A program made the position numbers and the translations under genes. A DNA stretch of 64,000 bases, taken from Eledone cirrhosa. Taxonomy: Eukaryota. The stretch covers positions 35,092,001-35,156,000 of the forward strand of contig OZ024750.1 of the NCBI GenBank assembly GCA_964016885.1, read 5' to 3'. Shown one piece after another: positions 1-11,558 of the stretch (position 1 is its first letter; every line of letters starts with the position of its first letter). The notes under the pieces were generated by a model that saw nothing but the letters and a program-made list of their open reading frames with translations, made no database searches and was not told the DNA's origin.

Positions 1-89
1 TATATTTTCCTGTAGGTTTCAAATAAAGAAGTTAATATCTTGAATTTGGTTGAATTTAGTTTATTTGATATGTTGTAATGTGTTTGAAA

Positions 90-472
90 GGCAGTGAATT
101 GGCAGAGTCGTTAGAACATCAGATAGAATGGCAGTCGTTAGGATGTCAGATAGAATGGCAGAGTCGTTAGAACATCAGATAGAATGCTTTGCAGTATTTG
201 TTTTGCCTCTCTGCTCTCTGAGTTCAAATCTCACCATGGTCACCTTTGAGGCTGATAAAAAAGTACCAGTCTAATACTGGGGTCGATTCTTCCTCAATAT
301 CTCTTCCTCAATTCCATTCTCTCATTCTCTCTATATCCTTCTCTGGAAGAAATCTGCTGTATTTAGACCTGGGGAAGAGATGGGTACCACCAGGTTTTAA
401 AATACCCCAGAAATGCCGTCAATACGGTTGCCCCTACTATCTCCTCAGGGGTTATGAGACCATGCAGGCATG
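90..472 (+). mobile_element. tRNA-derived SINE, Meta-domain-like, long-tail subfamily (M2)
   Basis: A-box-like TGGCAGAGTCG (locally triplicated, 101-186), B-box GAGTTCAAATC, GATAAAAAAGTACCAG core. The tail CTGGAAGAAATCTGCTGTATTTAGACCTGG recurs at about 9241, 10312, 15208 and 38480. Confidence 0.75.
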
Positions 473-989
473 CAATGTGTTTGAAGATGTCAAATTGTTT
501 AAATGAATCTACTCAGCACTGATTTAATAATTATAAATTATTTCATCCAACACAACATCATTACTTGAATTAATGAAATGTTGAAAATCAGTTTTTGCTT
601 CTTAAAATTTTAAAGATTTAACCATAAATATGATTTAATTATGACAGAATTATCAAATAATAACTTAAAGTAAATTTTATTTAACTACTATATCATGTCT
701 GCCTGTAGATATCAGCAACAAAAAGACCAATGGAAACATTGTTTCCTTGGTCCGATTTGATGAGTTCCACCCCACTTGGTAAGTGAATGAGGTCTGGGAT
801 CTTGTCGATAGATTTGATCAATTGATTATATCATGAGTAGTTTTGCCAGCTATGATCCTTGTAGGACCATCATTTTTTTTTATGTCCACTTTTCCATGCT
901 GGTATGGGCTTGGACAAAATGGTTTGAGACAATGTTTTACAGCCAGATGCTCTTTAAAAAAGGATTGTTTTCTTCACATTTCTGCAATG

Positions 990-1203
990 AATCATCATCA
1001 TCACCGTCATTATCGTCGTCATCGCTGCCGCCGTTTAGCGTCTATTTTTCCGTGTTTGCATGGGTTAGACAGGTCGTCCATGCAGGGATGCAACTCTAGC
1101 CACAGTTGGTCACGTCACACCTTGCTCTAGCAAGGACTGTAAATTTGGCTGGGTATTCTACGGCTGGATGCCCTTCCTAACACCAACCACAGTTACCATG
1201 TGG
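990..1203 (-). mobile_element. RTE-family 3' tail fragment
   Basis: (CAT)n followed by TTTTCCGTGTTTGCATGGGTTAGAC...GGCTGGATGCCCTTCCTAACACCAACCAC, the same module as the RTE-b 3' end at 5677-5830. Confidence 0.65.
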
Positions 1204-1560
1204 AATCGCTGATGAAAATCTTTTGGGTGAGGTTATCCTCCTTCAATTGATATGAGACCCAAATATCGAGCCTACTGTCATAACCAGGTTGATGAAGATG
1301 GTTTTCAACACTCAATTTATATACTTAAAGAATATCTGCAATCATTCTGGTCATATAACAGGTGTTGGTGCCGACTAACTCATTCATTTAGTCATTGTTG
1401 ATCTCGGATGGCCTGCCGGAGTAAAGTACATCTTGAACTGAAAATTTTCCAATTGAAATCTTGAAAACCACTTCTGGCACATACATCCCATAACAGCAAT
1501 CTCTCCATATGCAGCACATATCTTCCTTAAGGTGTTTTACTGTTTTCTTGATGTCACTCC
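1204..1560 (-). mobile_element. Decayed mariner (Tc1/mariner) transposase N-terminal fragment
   Basis: Manual minus-strand translation with 1 frameshift and 2 stops: KICAAYGEIAVMGCMCQKWFSRFQ..SVQDVLYSGRPSEINND*..TRMIADIL*..VENHLHQPGYDSRLDIWVSYQL. This matches the mariner HTH region, the SGRP linker and a degenerate WVPHEL motif. Confidence 0.85.
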
Positions 1561-1589
1561 TTTTAGTTTGTGCGGTATTTTACTATTTA

Positions 1590-1765
1590 ACAGCGATGAC
1601 AGAATGGAGAAGGCATTTCCCCGGAGGACGGCAAGGGAGACGTGCTGGAAAAGCCACTCCAACTCGCGGGGCTCACACCTGCGGCTGGCCAGCTCAGCGC
1701 TTATGGCGATGAGTAAGGAGTTATGCCCTGGGGCCGAGGACACCAGAAGTTTCCACTGCCAGGGG
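1590..1765 (-). mobile_element. CRE-type (RLE endonuclease) non-LTR retrotransposon 3' fragment
   Basis: AVETSGVLG...EWLFQHVSLAVLRGNAFSIL, close to the copy at 42895-43447. Confidence 0.75.
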
Positions 1766-1797
1766 AATGAAGCTGCTGATCATCTATTATTGATAAA

Positions 1798-1985
1798 GGG
1801 TGGGGATTGGCAGTGTCGGTAGAGTGTCGGACACCATAGTTTGCAGCATAGAGTTATGGCCCTTTATGATCTGAGTTCAAATACGAGGTTAACTTTGTCT
1901 TGCATCCTTATGGGGTCGATCAAATAAAGTACCAGTAATGTACTGGGTAATTGCTGGCCGTGTGCCAAAAGTAGAAACAATTATT
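1798..1985 (+). mobile_element. tRNA-derived SINE, Meta-domain-like (M1)
   Basis: TTGGCAGTGTCGGTAGAG head, GAGTTCAAAT B-box, CATCCTTATGGGGTCGAT..AAAGTACCAG core, AGTAGAAACAATTATT end. Confidence 0.8.
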
Positions 1986-2073
1986 GATACAATATTGATA
2001 TTATATACCTGCAATATCAAACAATATCTATAAACTCTAATGATCAGCTTTGTACAAAATTGGGATAAATATA

Positions 2074-2663
2074 AAATGGTTTCTGATTTAAGCACAAAGC
2101 CAACAATTTTTTGGGGAAGGGAAAGTTGATGAAGCTGACACCAGTGCATTACTGGTACTTTATCGATCCTATAAGAATGAAAGGCAAACGTACCCGTGGC
2201 AGGATTTATACTCAAAACACAATGGGATGTAACTCTATGCTGCAAATCATGATGTCTGACGCTCTACTGATTACTGCCAATCCACTGTCCAAATAATATT
2301 GATTTCTGATTTAGGCACAAGGCCAACAATTTTGGGGTAGGGAAAGTCGATTAAATTGACCCCAGTGCCTTACTGGTACTTTATTTTATAATTATAAACA
2401 ATGAAAATGAAAATGATTGTGTACAGTGCTCAGGTGCACTACAACTCATCAAAGGTGCATATATAGTACATAGAATAATTGTTTCTACTTTTGGCACAAG
2501 GCCAGCAGTTATCCCCAGTGCATTACTGGTACTTTATTTTATCGACCCCGTAAGGATGAACGGAAAAGTTGACCTCGACGGGATTTGAACTCAGACCGTA
2601 AAGGGGAATAACTCTATGCTGCAAACATGGTGTTCGACCTTCTACCAATACTGCCAATCCACC
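2074..2663 (-). mobile_element. Cluster of M1 SINEs (2074-2290, partial 2298-2385, 2474-2663) with a CR1 3' tail piece (2405-2473)
   Basis: Reverse complements of the M1 consensus. GTGCTCAGGTGCACTACAACTCATCAAAGGTGCAT is the reverse complement of the CR1 tail at about 25935-25975. Confidence 0.75.
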
Positions 2664-3349
2664 AATAGAATAATATACAAACGTCAGGCAAGTGAATAGT
2701 GTATGAGTCATGATATACACACAGATACACACAGACACATACACACACACATACACACACACACAGATGCGTAAAGGCAGGTAATTCTAGGCCACAAAGT
2801 ACGTTATTCCATGCTCTATTAATACTAGCAATCCACTGCCATAATCAATATAAAATGATAGACAACATAACTGATTCAAAACTATTAATTAGATGTCGAT
2901 TTAATTTTAATTACGAATGCTGTCATATAACAAAACAAAATGGCCATGAGCATACTTTATGTAAATCTTTGAACTCTACATAAATACATTTAGAATGAAA
3001 CCAATAAGAATGGTATATCAACAGAACTGTTTACTCTCTCATCAACAGATTTCTTACAGTCTGCTGTAAATATGTCTAACAGCCAATTAACTGTATCTGG
3101 TTTAACGAACATTTAATATGGCTTCTTCAATCATTTTGTGTCTTGATGTGTCATAACAATACTCTCTAAATCTATCTCAGTGGCATTAACTCATAAATTT
3201 CACATGTATCTTTAAGTCGTTCAATTTTATTATATATCATGATTCTTAGTGTAACAAGCCTTTAATGGTTTATTTTGGAATGATTCATTTGAGATCTTTA
3301 AATCTATAAATAATCAATAGAAATTGCAATGTAATCTATATTATTGTAG

Positions 3350-3543
3350 AGTGGTGGATTGGCAGTATCGGTAGAGAGTCGGACGCCATGCTTTGACGTA
3401 TAGAGTTACGGCCCTTGCCATTCGGAGTTCAAATCCCGCGGAGGTTAACATTGCCTTTCATCCTTACGGGGTCGATAAAATAAAGTACCAGTAATGTACT
3501 GGGTGATTTGCTGGCCTTGTGCCTAACATAGAGACAATTATTG
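3350..3543 (+). mobile_element. M1 SINE, full length
   Basis: GGATTGGCAGTATCGGTAGAG..GAGTTCAAATCCCGC..GCCTTTCATCCTTACGGGGTCGATAAAATAAAGTACCAG. Confidence 0.85.
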
Positions 3544-3780
3544 TAGTTATACGTAGTGATCAGAGTGAAATCAGGAATTCACTGATAAATAATTCTTCTT
3601 TCAAAGCGTTTATATGAAAATCTTATTGGAAAATAGTGGTCTCATACATACAGTATACATACAGCATCATCATCATCATCATCATGTTAATGGTTGCTTT
3701 CCTTGATAACAATTGTTTGACACGTCTACATAAACTACATAGACCAAGTACTGAAGCAAAGGCTACTGATCTCCCTATAT

Positions 3781-4163
3781 ATCATCATCATTTTACGTCC
3801 ACTTTTTCCCTGCTTGCAAGGGTGGGACGGGAACTGATTCTGGCTTGATTTCTACAGCTGGATGCCCTTCCTAACACCAACCTCATTTACAGTGAGTGCT
3901 GGGTGCTTTTTTGCCGTAGCACCTACACGTCCATTTTTACAGTGTGGGCTGGGTGCTTTTTTTCAGTGGCACCTCCACAACCACCTTGCAGTGGAATGAT
4001 AGGGACAGCAGTCCCTATCATCTCATTTCTACAACTGAGTAAACTGGAACAATGTGAAATAAAGTGTCTTGCTCAAGGAAACAACACATCACCCGGTCTG
4101 AGAATTGAACTCACAACCTTTCGGTTAGGGCCAATGCTCTAACCACTAAGCCATGTGCCTCCA
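3781..4163 (-). mobile_element. tRNA-CORE SINE with RTE-derived tail (C1)
   Basis: Minus strand: GGCACATGGCTTAGTGGTTAGAGC (A box), GAGTTCAATTCTC (B box), CORE-like CCTTGAGCAAGACACTTTATTTCAC. The 3' end matches the RTE-a end at about 7486-7540. Confidence 0.85.
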
Positions 4164-4189
4164 TATATATATATATATATATATATATA

Positions 4190-4667
4190 GTCCGACCTTA
4201 CACACTTACACCTCTCCAAGACAATGTCACTGAACCGAGATCTTTGGCGCTACGCAGTGATACAGAAGACCCACCTTACCTAAGTACAAAGTGAAACCTA
4301 CAGTCAGTAGGCACCTCTTAACCAAAAATACACCCCCATCCCACTACTCCCACTCCCACCAACACCACCCTTTCTCTGTAAAGTTATGTTGGTACCACAA
4401 CATCCAGTGCTAAATAAATGAGGTCGTGTAGGTGTCAAGACAAAAAAACACACAGTCCACGCTGTAATGTGGCCGTGTAGGTAACACGGTAAAAACCTCC
4501 CAGTCCACATTGTAAATGTGGTTGGTGTTAAGAAGAGCATCCAGCCGTAGAAAACCTGCCAGACAGTCCTATACGAGCAAGACAATCAATCTTGCCTCAA
4601 GTGGGACAATTCCCGTCTAAACCCATGCTAGCGTTAGACATTAAACGTTGATGATGATGATGATGAT
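4190..4667 (+). mobile_element. RTE-b LINE 3' end (ORF end, 3' UTR, (GAT)n tail)
   Basis: SDLTHLHLSKTMSLNRDLWRYAVIQKT is homologous to the 6055-6150 minus-strand ORF end. UTR and tail match 5677-6055. Confidence 0.8.
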
Positions 4668-4679
4668 ACTTATCATAAT

Positions 4680-5048
4680 CACTGTGTTTACGCCTGCTTT
4701 CCTTGCTGACAAGGGTTAGACAGGTCTTCTGCATAGACCAAGTCAGTACCGAAGCAGACAGACCAAGGATCTGCATCTTGCGTTATGTACTGTCGACACT
4801 CCACCGAGTGCAGAGCAGAGGTTGTCACATCTGTCACACAACTGTTTGCCAAGCTCTTTGCAGCTCGATATTCTTCTTATCACCAGCCACTTTAGTGTGA
4901 ACTGGGTGTGTTCATCATGTAGATCACCAACACTAGGGAGTCTGTCATTTCCTTGACATGATCAAAGGGTCCTCCAGACCCTTTGTTAGGGAAGCTTTCT
5001 ACAGCTCGAAGCCCTTCCTATCACCAATCAGTTTACAGCATGTATTGG
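4680..5048 (-). mobile_element. Non-autonomous RTE-related element (tail, unique middle, UTR motif)
   Basis: Plus strand starts with tail-like TTTACGCCTGCTTTCCTTGCTGACAAGGGTTAGAC and ends with CTACAGCTCGAAGCCCTTCCTATCACCAA. Confidence 0.45.
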
Positions 5049-5435
5049 TTCTAAACCTTATTGAAAACAATTTATTGGAATAGCATTTATATATATGTTT
5101 TAGTTTATTTATCAATTATGTTATATTTGCATTTTGCTTTTGATCAACATTAATGAGGTCATCTTACTATATCAGATTTGCTTAAACAATTTTGTCATAG
5201 CAGAAGTGATTCAGTAGGTCAATGTAAAATGTTAAATATAATGTGTTTTTTGTATGTGTGCAAAGTCTGATATTTATAGTGGAAGTTGAGTTAGGAATAA
5301 AACCACTTCAGAAATTCAGTGATAGATAGGTATGTAGATAGACATATAGATGTATGGATGAATAGAGAGAGAGATAGGTGAATAGATAGATAGAATGGAA
5401 AATAGTTGTAAATTATGATGAAGATGATTATAATG

Positions 5436-5475
<40 letters not shown>

Positions 5476-5476
<1 letters not shown>

Positions 5477-5669
5477 CGAAGGAAATGTGGTAAGGAACCA
5501 GGTGGACCATAACGCACCAAAGTACTGAATACTTAGGGTAGTAGAGTGGGTAATAGGAATGAGTAGGACCCCAATGGCTGAGCTCAAGCCATTTCGACGG
5601 CTAATTTTAGTCCAGAATTAGCCGTCGAAACGGCTTGAGCTCAGCCGTCGGGGTCCTACTCGTTCCTAT
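5476..5669. mobile_element. Penelope-like pLTR relic with a 54-bp fold-back and the 3' half of a hammerhead
   Basis: Arms 5553-5606 and 5616-5669 (50/54 paired). Contains GAAA-CGGC-TTGAGCTCA-GCCG-TC-GGGG. Paralogue at 23340-23508. (TA)n on both sides. Confidence 0.55.
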
Positions 5670-5676
5670 ATATATA

Positions 5677-6492
5677 TCATCATCATCATCATCGTTTAAC
5701 GTCCGTGTTCCACGCTTGCATGGGTTTGGACGGAGGGTTTTCCCACTTGAGGCAAGAGTGGTTATCTTGCTCGCATAGGACTATCTGGCGGGTTTTCTAC
5801 AGCTGGATGCCCTTCCTAACACCAACCACATTTACAGTGTGGGGCTGGGAGGTTTTTACCGTGTTGCCTACACGGCCACATTACAGCGTGAACTGTGTGT
5901 TTTTTTGACGTGACACCTACACGATCTCATTTGTTTCGGCCTGGATGTTGTGGCACCAACATAACTTTACATTGAAAGGGGCGGTGTGGATGGGGGGGGG
6001 GGGGGGTAATTTTGTTAGAGATGCCTACTGACTGTAGTAGGTTTTACTTTGTATTTAGGTAAGGCGGGTCTTCTCTATTACTGAGTACCGCCAAAGGTCT
6101 CGGTCCAGTGACATTGTCTTGGTGAGGTGTAAGTGTGTGAGGTCGGAATTTATCAGCTCGTCCCAGGTTTTTCTGGGTCTGCCTATTCCGTGGCTACCGT
6201 CTATATTTATTGCCCTGCACTTTGTTATACAGTTATCGTCCTTCATGCGCATCACGTGACCATACCAACGTAGCCTTCTCTCAAGTAAACAACATCTGAT
6301 CCCTCTTATTTCTAATTTTTTCCTTAGTTCGTTTATGCTTTGTCGTACACGTATATTACTATTACACATCCAGCGGAGCATGCAAGCTTCGTTTCTCTCT
6401 AGTCTGCGTATATCCTCTGCACACAATGCCCAGGTCTCACTGCCATGCAACATTGCTGTTCGTATGCAGGCATCGTACAACCTGCCTTTCAT
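5677..6492 (-). mobile_element. RTE-b LINE, 5'-truncated (C-terminal ORF 6055-6492 plus 3' UTR and tail)
   Basis: KGRLYDACIRTAMLHGSETW..RRLRWYGHVMRM..GRPRKTW..DRDLWR are RTE-clade C-terminal motifs. Ends in a (GAT)n tail. Confidence 0.92.
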
Positions 6493-6752
6493 TTTTAGGG
6501 AATATATATATATATATATATATGTTATAAAATAACAGGAGGCTGGACTGGTGTAATTCCTTAAAAGGTTTATTATACTATGATCATTTTAATGACCAGG
6601 TTCAGTATGAATCCGGTGACATCATCAGGTATTCGAAATATAAAAAAAAGGAATATAATAGACAAAATCCATGGGGCTGAAAATCAGAGACATGAGGGTG
6701 ACCGAACATTTAGCAGCTTCTACCTCGGTCGGCCACCACCAAACCTAAATAA

Positions 6753-6791
<39 letters not shown>

Positions 6792-7540
6792 CCTAGCAGG
6801 ATAGCAGGCAAACTAACAGGTAGGGAGAAATATGTATGCAGTAGATGTACAGGGAAATTAGACAGTAGAAGTCGCACTGATAGACACATTTTTCAAATGC
6901 AAGAGGGCGCTATAGAAGTGGTGGATAGCTTCCGATACCTAGGAGATCAGATTAGCATGGGAGGAGGGTGTTCCGAGGCCATAGTATCTAGAATAAGGAC
7001 GGGTTGGAAGAAGTTTAGGGAGCTGCTTCCTCTGTTGACGAAGAAGGGTTTCTCCCTGCGTACGAAAGGCCGGTTGTATGATGCCTGTGTGAGGAGCACG
7101 ATGCTGCATGGTAGTGAGACATGGGCAGCAACTGCAGAGGATATGCGACGGCTGGAGAGAAATGAGGCAAGCATGCTCCGTTGGATGTGCAGTGTAAATA
7201 TGCATGAACGACCCAGCATAAATGTGTTGAGAGAGAAACTGTGTCTGAGAAGGATAGAATGTAGTGTACGGGAGAGGAGACTGAGGTGGTATGGACATGT
7301 GATGAGCATGGAGGATGACCGATGGGTGAAGAAGTGCCAGGAAATGCCAGTTGAAGGAAGACGTGGTAGAGGTAGACCACGAAAAACATGGGCGGAGGTG
7401 GTGAGAACAGACCTCAGATCATTGAAGCTCACGGTGGAGATGACGAGGGACCGTGACGAGTGGAGAGATGCTGTGCTGAATAAGACCCGTCCCACCCTTG
7501 CAAGCAGGGAAAAGCGGACGTAAAATGATGATGATGATGA
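6792..7540 (+). mobile_element. RTE-a LINE, 5'-truncated, uninterrupted frame 6792-7523
   Basis: ..YVCSRC..EVVDSFRYLG..RIRTGWKKF..LHGSETW..RRLRWYGHV..GRRGRGRPRKTW..DRDEWR, then (GAT)n tail. (TA)n on both sides. Confidence 0.93.
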
Positions 7541-7631
7541 TATATACATATATATATATACCTATATATATATAGGTATATATATAAGTATATATATATA
7601 TAGGTATATATATAAGTATATATATATATAT

Positions 7632-7725
<94 letters not shown>
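7541..7725. repeat. (TA)n microsatellite
   Basis: Directly visible. Confidence 0.95.
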
Positions 7726-7730
<5 letters not shown>

Positions 7731-8614
7731 TAAATATTTACACATACACCAATTAAACAAAATCACAGGTATATATGTGTTTTGGCAACTATTCACAATG
7801 TGGCCTTTTATTCTTATAGCCTGGTCTAATTGATTTTTGGTGTGGTTAATTATGCTGATTGGGAGTAGAGATGATGTATATATATTATCAAATAATTGTC
7901 TGGACATGCTTTACTCTATAGTATTTCGCTCTGATTATTTAATGTATTAATTCTTCATTGAGCCACATCGTGAATAGTTGCCAAAACACATATATACCTG
8001 TGACTTTTTTTAATTGGTGTATGTGTAAATATTTATATTTATATTTAATAATCTCCCATAAGGTTGAGATAAAATTTGGGTGATATTGGTCTGTGCTTGC
8101 TAGCAACCAAGCCACTCGCCATAAGCAACCAATCACACCCTTCCTGACTTGACCACTGCCACGTCACAGTTCTCAACCATTTTGAATTCGTGTTTAGCGG
8201 GGGCCACTTCGGAAAATAATCTGTCCTAGCGAGTTTGTCCCCTGAAGAGCTCTAAAACTCGAGTATTATCCTTAATAAGATATCTCAAAAGTGAGCGAAA
8301 CCCATGGGTCGGGATTTAGTGATTTAATCCTGGTATGTATATAAGCATTTTTAACATTAATTTTTACCTAATTATGTATGGTTGACCGTGTATTTAATTA
8401 ATTTCCACGTGCTGTTGAAATGTTGGGTAAATATTCTATAGCGGTTGGACATGAAGACGCCACTGTGGCGTATTTATTTACTGTTTCTTCATAGGGGCCT
8501 TTTATTCTTATAGCCTGGTCTAATTGATTTTTTGTGTGGTTAATTATGCTGATTGGGAGTAGAGATGATGTATATATATTATCAAATAATTCTCTAGACA
8601 TGTTTTACTCTATA

Positions 8615-8617
<3 letters not shown>
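7725..8617 (+). mobile_element. Penelope-like pLTR relic with inverted and direct partial repeats
   Basis: Inverted repeat 7725-7804 / 7962-8046, direct repeat 7802-7923 / 8496-8617, CCAAT (8129) and CACGTCA (8160) upstream of an internal hammerhead. Both ends lie in (TA)n. Confidence 0.6.
8238..8314 (+). ncRNA. Type I hammerhead ribozyme
   Basis: TCCC-CTGAAGA-GCTC[40 nt]GAGC-GAAA-CCCATGGG-TC^GGGA. All core nucleotides are present, stems I, II and III pair, and the GUC triplet predicts cleavage after 8310. Confidence 0.8.
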
Positions 8618-8651
<34 letters not shown>

Positions 8652-8872
8652 ACGATACATTAATGGAGCCATAGTCTATAGAGGTATTTATTTACACTTT
8701 AATTTATATTTTTAATTATCGTGTCTATAATCTGCCTTTCATAGGTTATAGATTCCATACACTGGTGGTTTTTCCCTGTTTTATTGATAGCGCACTGTAT
8801 CTCTCTCTAGTGTGTTACCTTTTCAATATATTGTATATCACCACACACATATACACACATTTATTTCTGTGT

Positions 8873-9203
8873 CATCATCATCATCATCATACATCCGCTT
8901 TTCCCTGCTTGCAAGGGTGGGACGGGAACTGATTCTGGCTTGATTTCTATAGCTGGATGCCCTTCCTAACACCAACCTCATTTACAGTGAGTGCTGGGTG
9001 CTTTTTTGCCGTGGGACCTCCACGACCACTTTGCAGTGGAATGATAGGGACCCCAGTCCCTATCAGCTCATTTCTACAGCTGAGTAAACTGGAGCAATGT
9101 GAAATAAAGTGTCTTGCTCAAGGAAACAACACATCACCCGGTCTGAGAATTGAACCTTTCGATTGCAAGGCCAATGCTCTAACCACTAAGCCATATGCCT
9201 CCA
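8873..9203 (-). mobile_element. C1 tRNA-CORE SINE
   Basis: Near-identical to 3781-4163. Confidence 0.85.
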
Positions 9204-9240
9204 TATATATATATACATATATATATATATATTTATATAT

Positions 9241-9530
9241 AGGCGCCGAATTGACAGAGTTGTTAAGATGTCTGATAGAAGACTTTACAGTATTCGTCCC
9301 ACCTCATTGCGTGCTCTGAGTTCCAATCCCGCTGAGGTCAACTTTACCTTTCATCCTTTTGAGGTCGATAAAAAAGTACCAGTCCAGTACTGGGGTCGAT
9401 TCTTCTTCTATAGAAAAAAATCAACTCTGTTCAGACCTGGAGAGGGTTGGGCTCCGCTAGGTTTAAAAGTGCCCTAGACACGTTGTACGATGGTGCCTCT
9501 ATGACTCCACAAGGAGTTTTGGAATCTTTA
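9241..9530 (+). mobile_element. M2 SINE
   Basis: GGCGCCGAATTGACAGAG head, GAGTTCCAATCCCG, CCTTTCATCCTTTTGAGGTCGATAAAAAAGTACCAG. Confidence 0.75.
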
Positions 9531-9532
9531 TC

Positions 9533-9866
<334 letters not shown>

Positions 9867-10311
9867 CAATGGAAGAATGGACGTAAAATGGTGATGATGA
9901 TGATTATATATATATATAATCATCATCATCGTTTTTACGTCCTTTTCAACACAGCATTTCTCCACTCGTCGCAATCCTTTGTCAACTCCACTGTGAATCT
10001 CATCAACTTGAGATCAACTCTCAATAACTTGCCCAGGTCTTCCTTAGCCTTCCTCTACTGTGGTTTCCTTCAACTGGGGTTTCTTGGGAACGGAAGAGTT
10101 AAGAGGTGATTAACAGTAGAGATGATATTTGGTTATACTTTTGGCACAAGGCCAGCAATTATCCCAATGTATTACTGGTACTTTATTTTATTTTATCGAC
10201 CCGATAAGGATGAAAGGCAAAGTTAACCTCAGCGGGATAATATCAGAGGAGAATTAGGTGTCTTGTGTATATTTAAGTAGGAGTAGAATAAAAACATGTT
10301 CACAGAATCAA

Positions 10312-10662
10312 GTGCCCTTCTTTGTATGTAGGGTCCCGTAACTCCTGATAGTGTCGTAGCAGTACCATACTGATTCAGTGCTTCTTGGGTATTTTAAGCG
10401 TGGTGGAACCCATCCCTCACCAGGCCTGAGTACGGCAGATTTCTTCCAGAGAATGATAGAAAGGGAAAGAGAGGAAATGAGAAAGAGATATAGAGGAAGA
10501 ATCAACCCCAGTACTAGACTGGTATTTATTTTTATCAACCTCAAAAGAGGATGAAAGGCAAAGCTGACCTCTTTAGGATTTGAACTCAAAGAGCAGAGAG
10601 CCGGAACAAATACCATAAAGCATTCTACCCGACGTTCTAACGACTCTGACAATTCGCCACCT
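10312..10662 (-). mobile_element. M2 SINE
   Basis: Reverse complement of the 90-472 and 9241-9530 family. Confidence 0.75.
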
Positions 10663-11558
10663 ATGTAGCTGAAGTTAAAAATACAAGATGAAGATGCTAC
10701 TTGATGCTGTTGTTCAGTGTAAGTTAGTTCTAATGCAATGAACCTATGATAAAAGGTATCCCAGCTATGTTGATATCATCTTTTTAGGGTTTCTAGGTCT
10801 TCATTATATATCTTATAAGTCTTTTCATTTTTAAAGATTTTTATGAAGATTTGGCTGCTATTTCTAGCCAATAGAGCTGCTGCATAGAGACTCTGCGCAC
10901 ATGAGTTGATTAATAGATTATTATTATCTAGTCTGGAAGACCTCACTGCTTATGATAACACTATCAATAAAAATAGACAAGAAAGATGGCTCTCTCATAA
11001 ACTAGTTATTATATAAGTTTTCTCTCAACACTTAAGTGTCGTTCAACTTATAACCTATTTAAGTTTAGTCTAGATTTTTTTTTTGATTTTGTTCTTGAGC
11101 AAGATACTTTATTTTACATTGTTCTTCCTGCCAGGAGTAGCAACTGGTAGATAGTATTAGCAACTGGAAAGACCAATAAAAATATTGGTTCCTTGGTCTG
11201 ATTTAATGAGTTCCACCTTCCTCTGTAAGTAAATGAGGTCTGGGATCTTGTCAATCATTTTCAACAAAAAACAGATTCCCTGGAAAAAGGACTGTAACCT
11301 AGTTTCTTCAATTCCTTTTGTTGAAGAATATTTCCCTAAAATGGTTGATGCTGGGAACAGTATCCATCTCCCAAAACATTATTTCTGAAAATATACTAAC
11401 ATAGAAGGCAAACATATTTTTAAAAACTATTTCACATATAAAACATTGTTTCCTTGGCCCAATTTGATGAGTTCCACCCAACTCGGTAAGCAATTGAAGT
11501 CTGGGATCTTGTCAAGCATTCTAAAATAAATGAATAAATAAATAAATAAATAATAATA

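Noticed and set aside
6590-6635. Additional hammerhead-like cores (also about 51460, 55565, 55690, 63650)
   Set aside because: A CTGANGA-like core is present but GAAA, the stems or the cleavage triplet are missing. At most these are dead relics, so they are not called.
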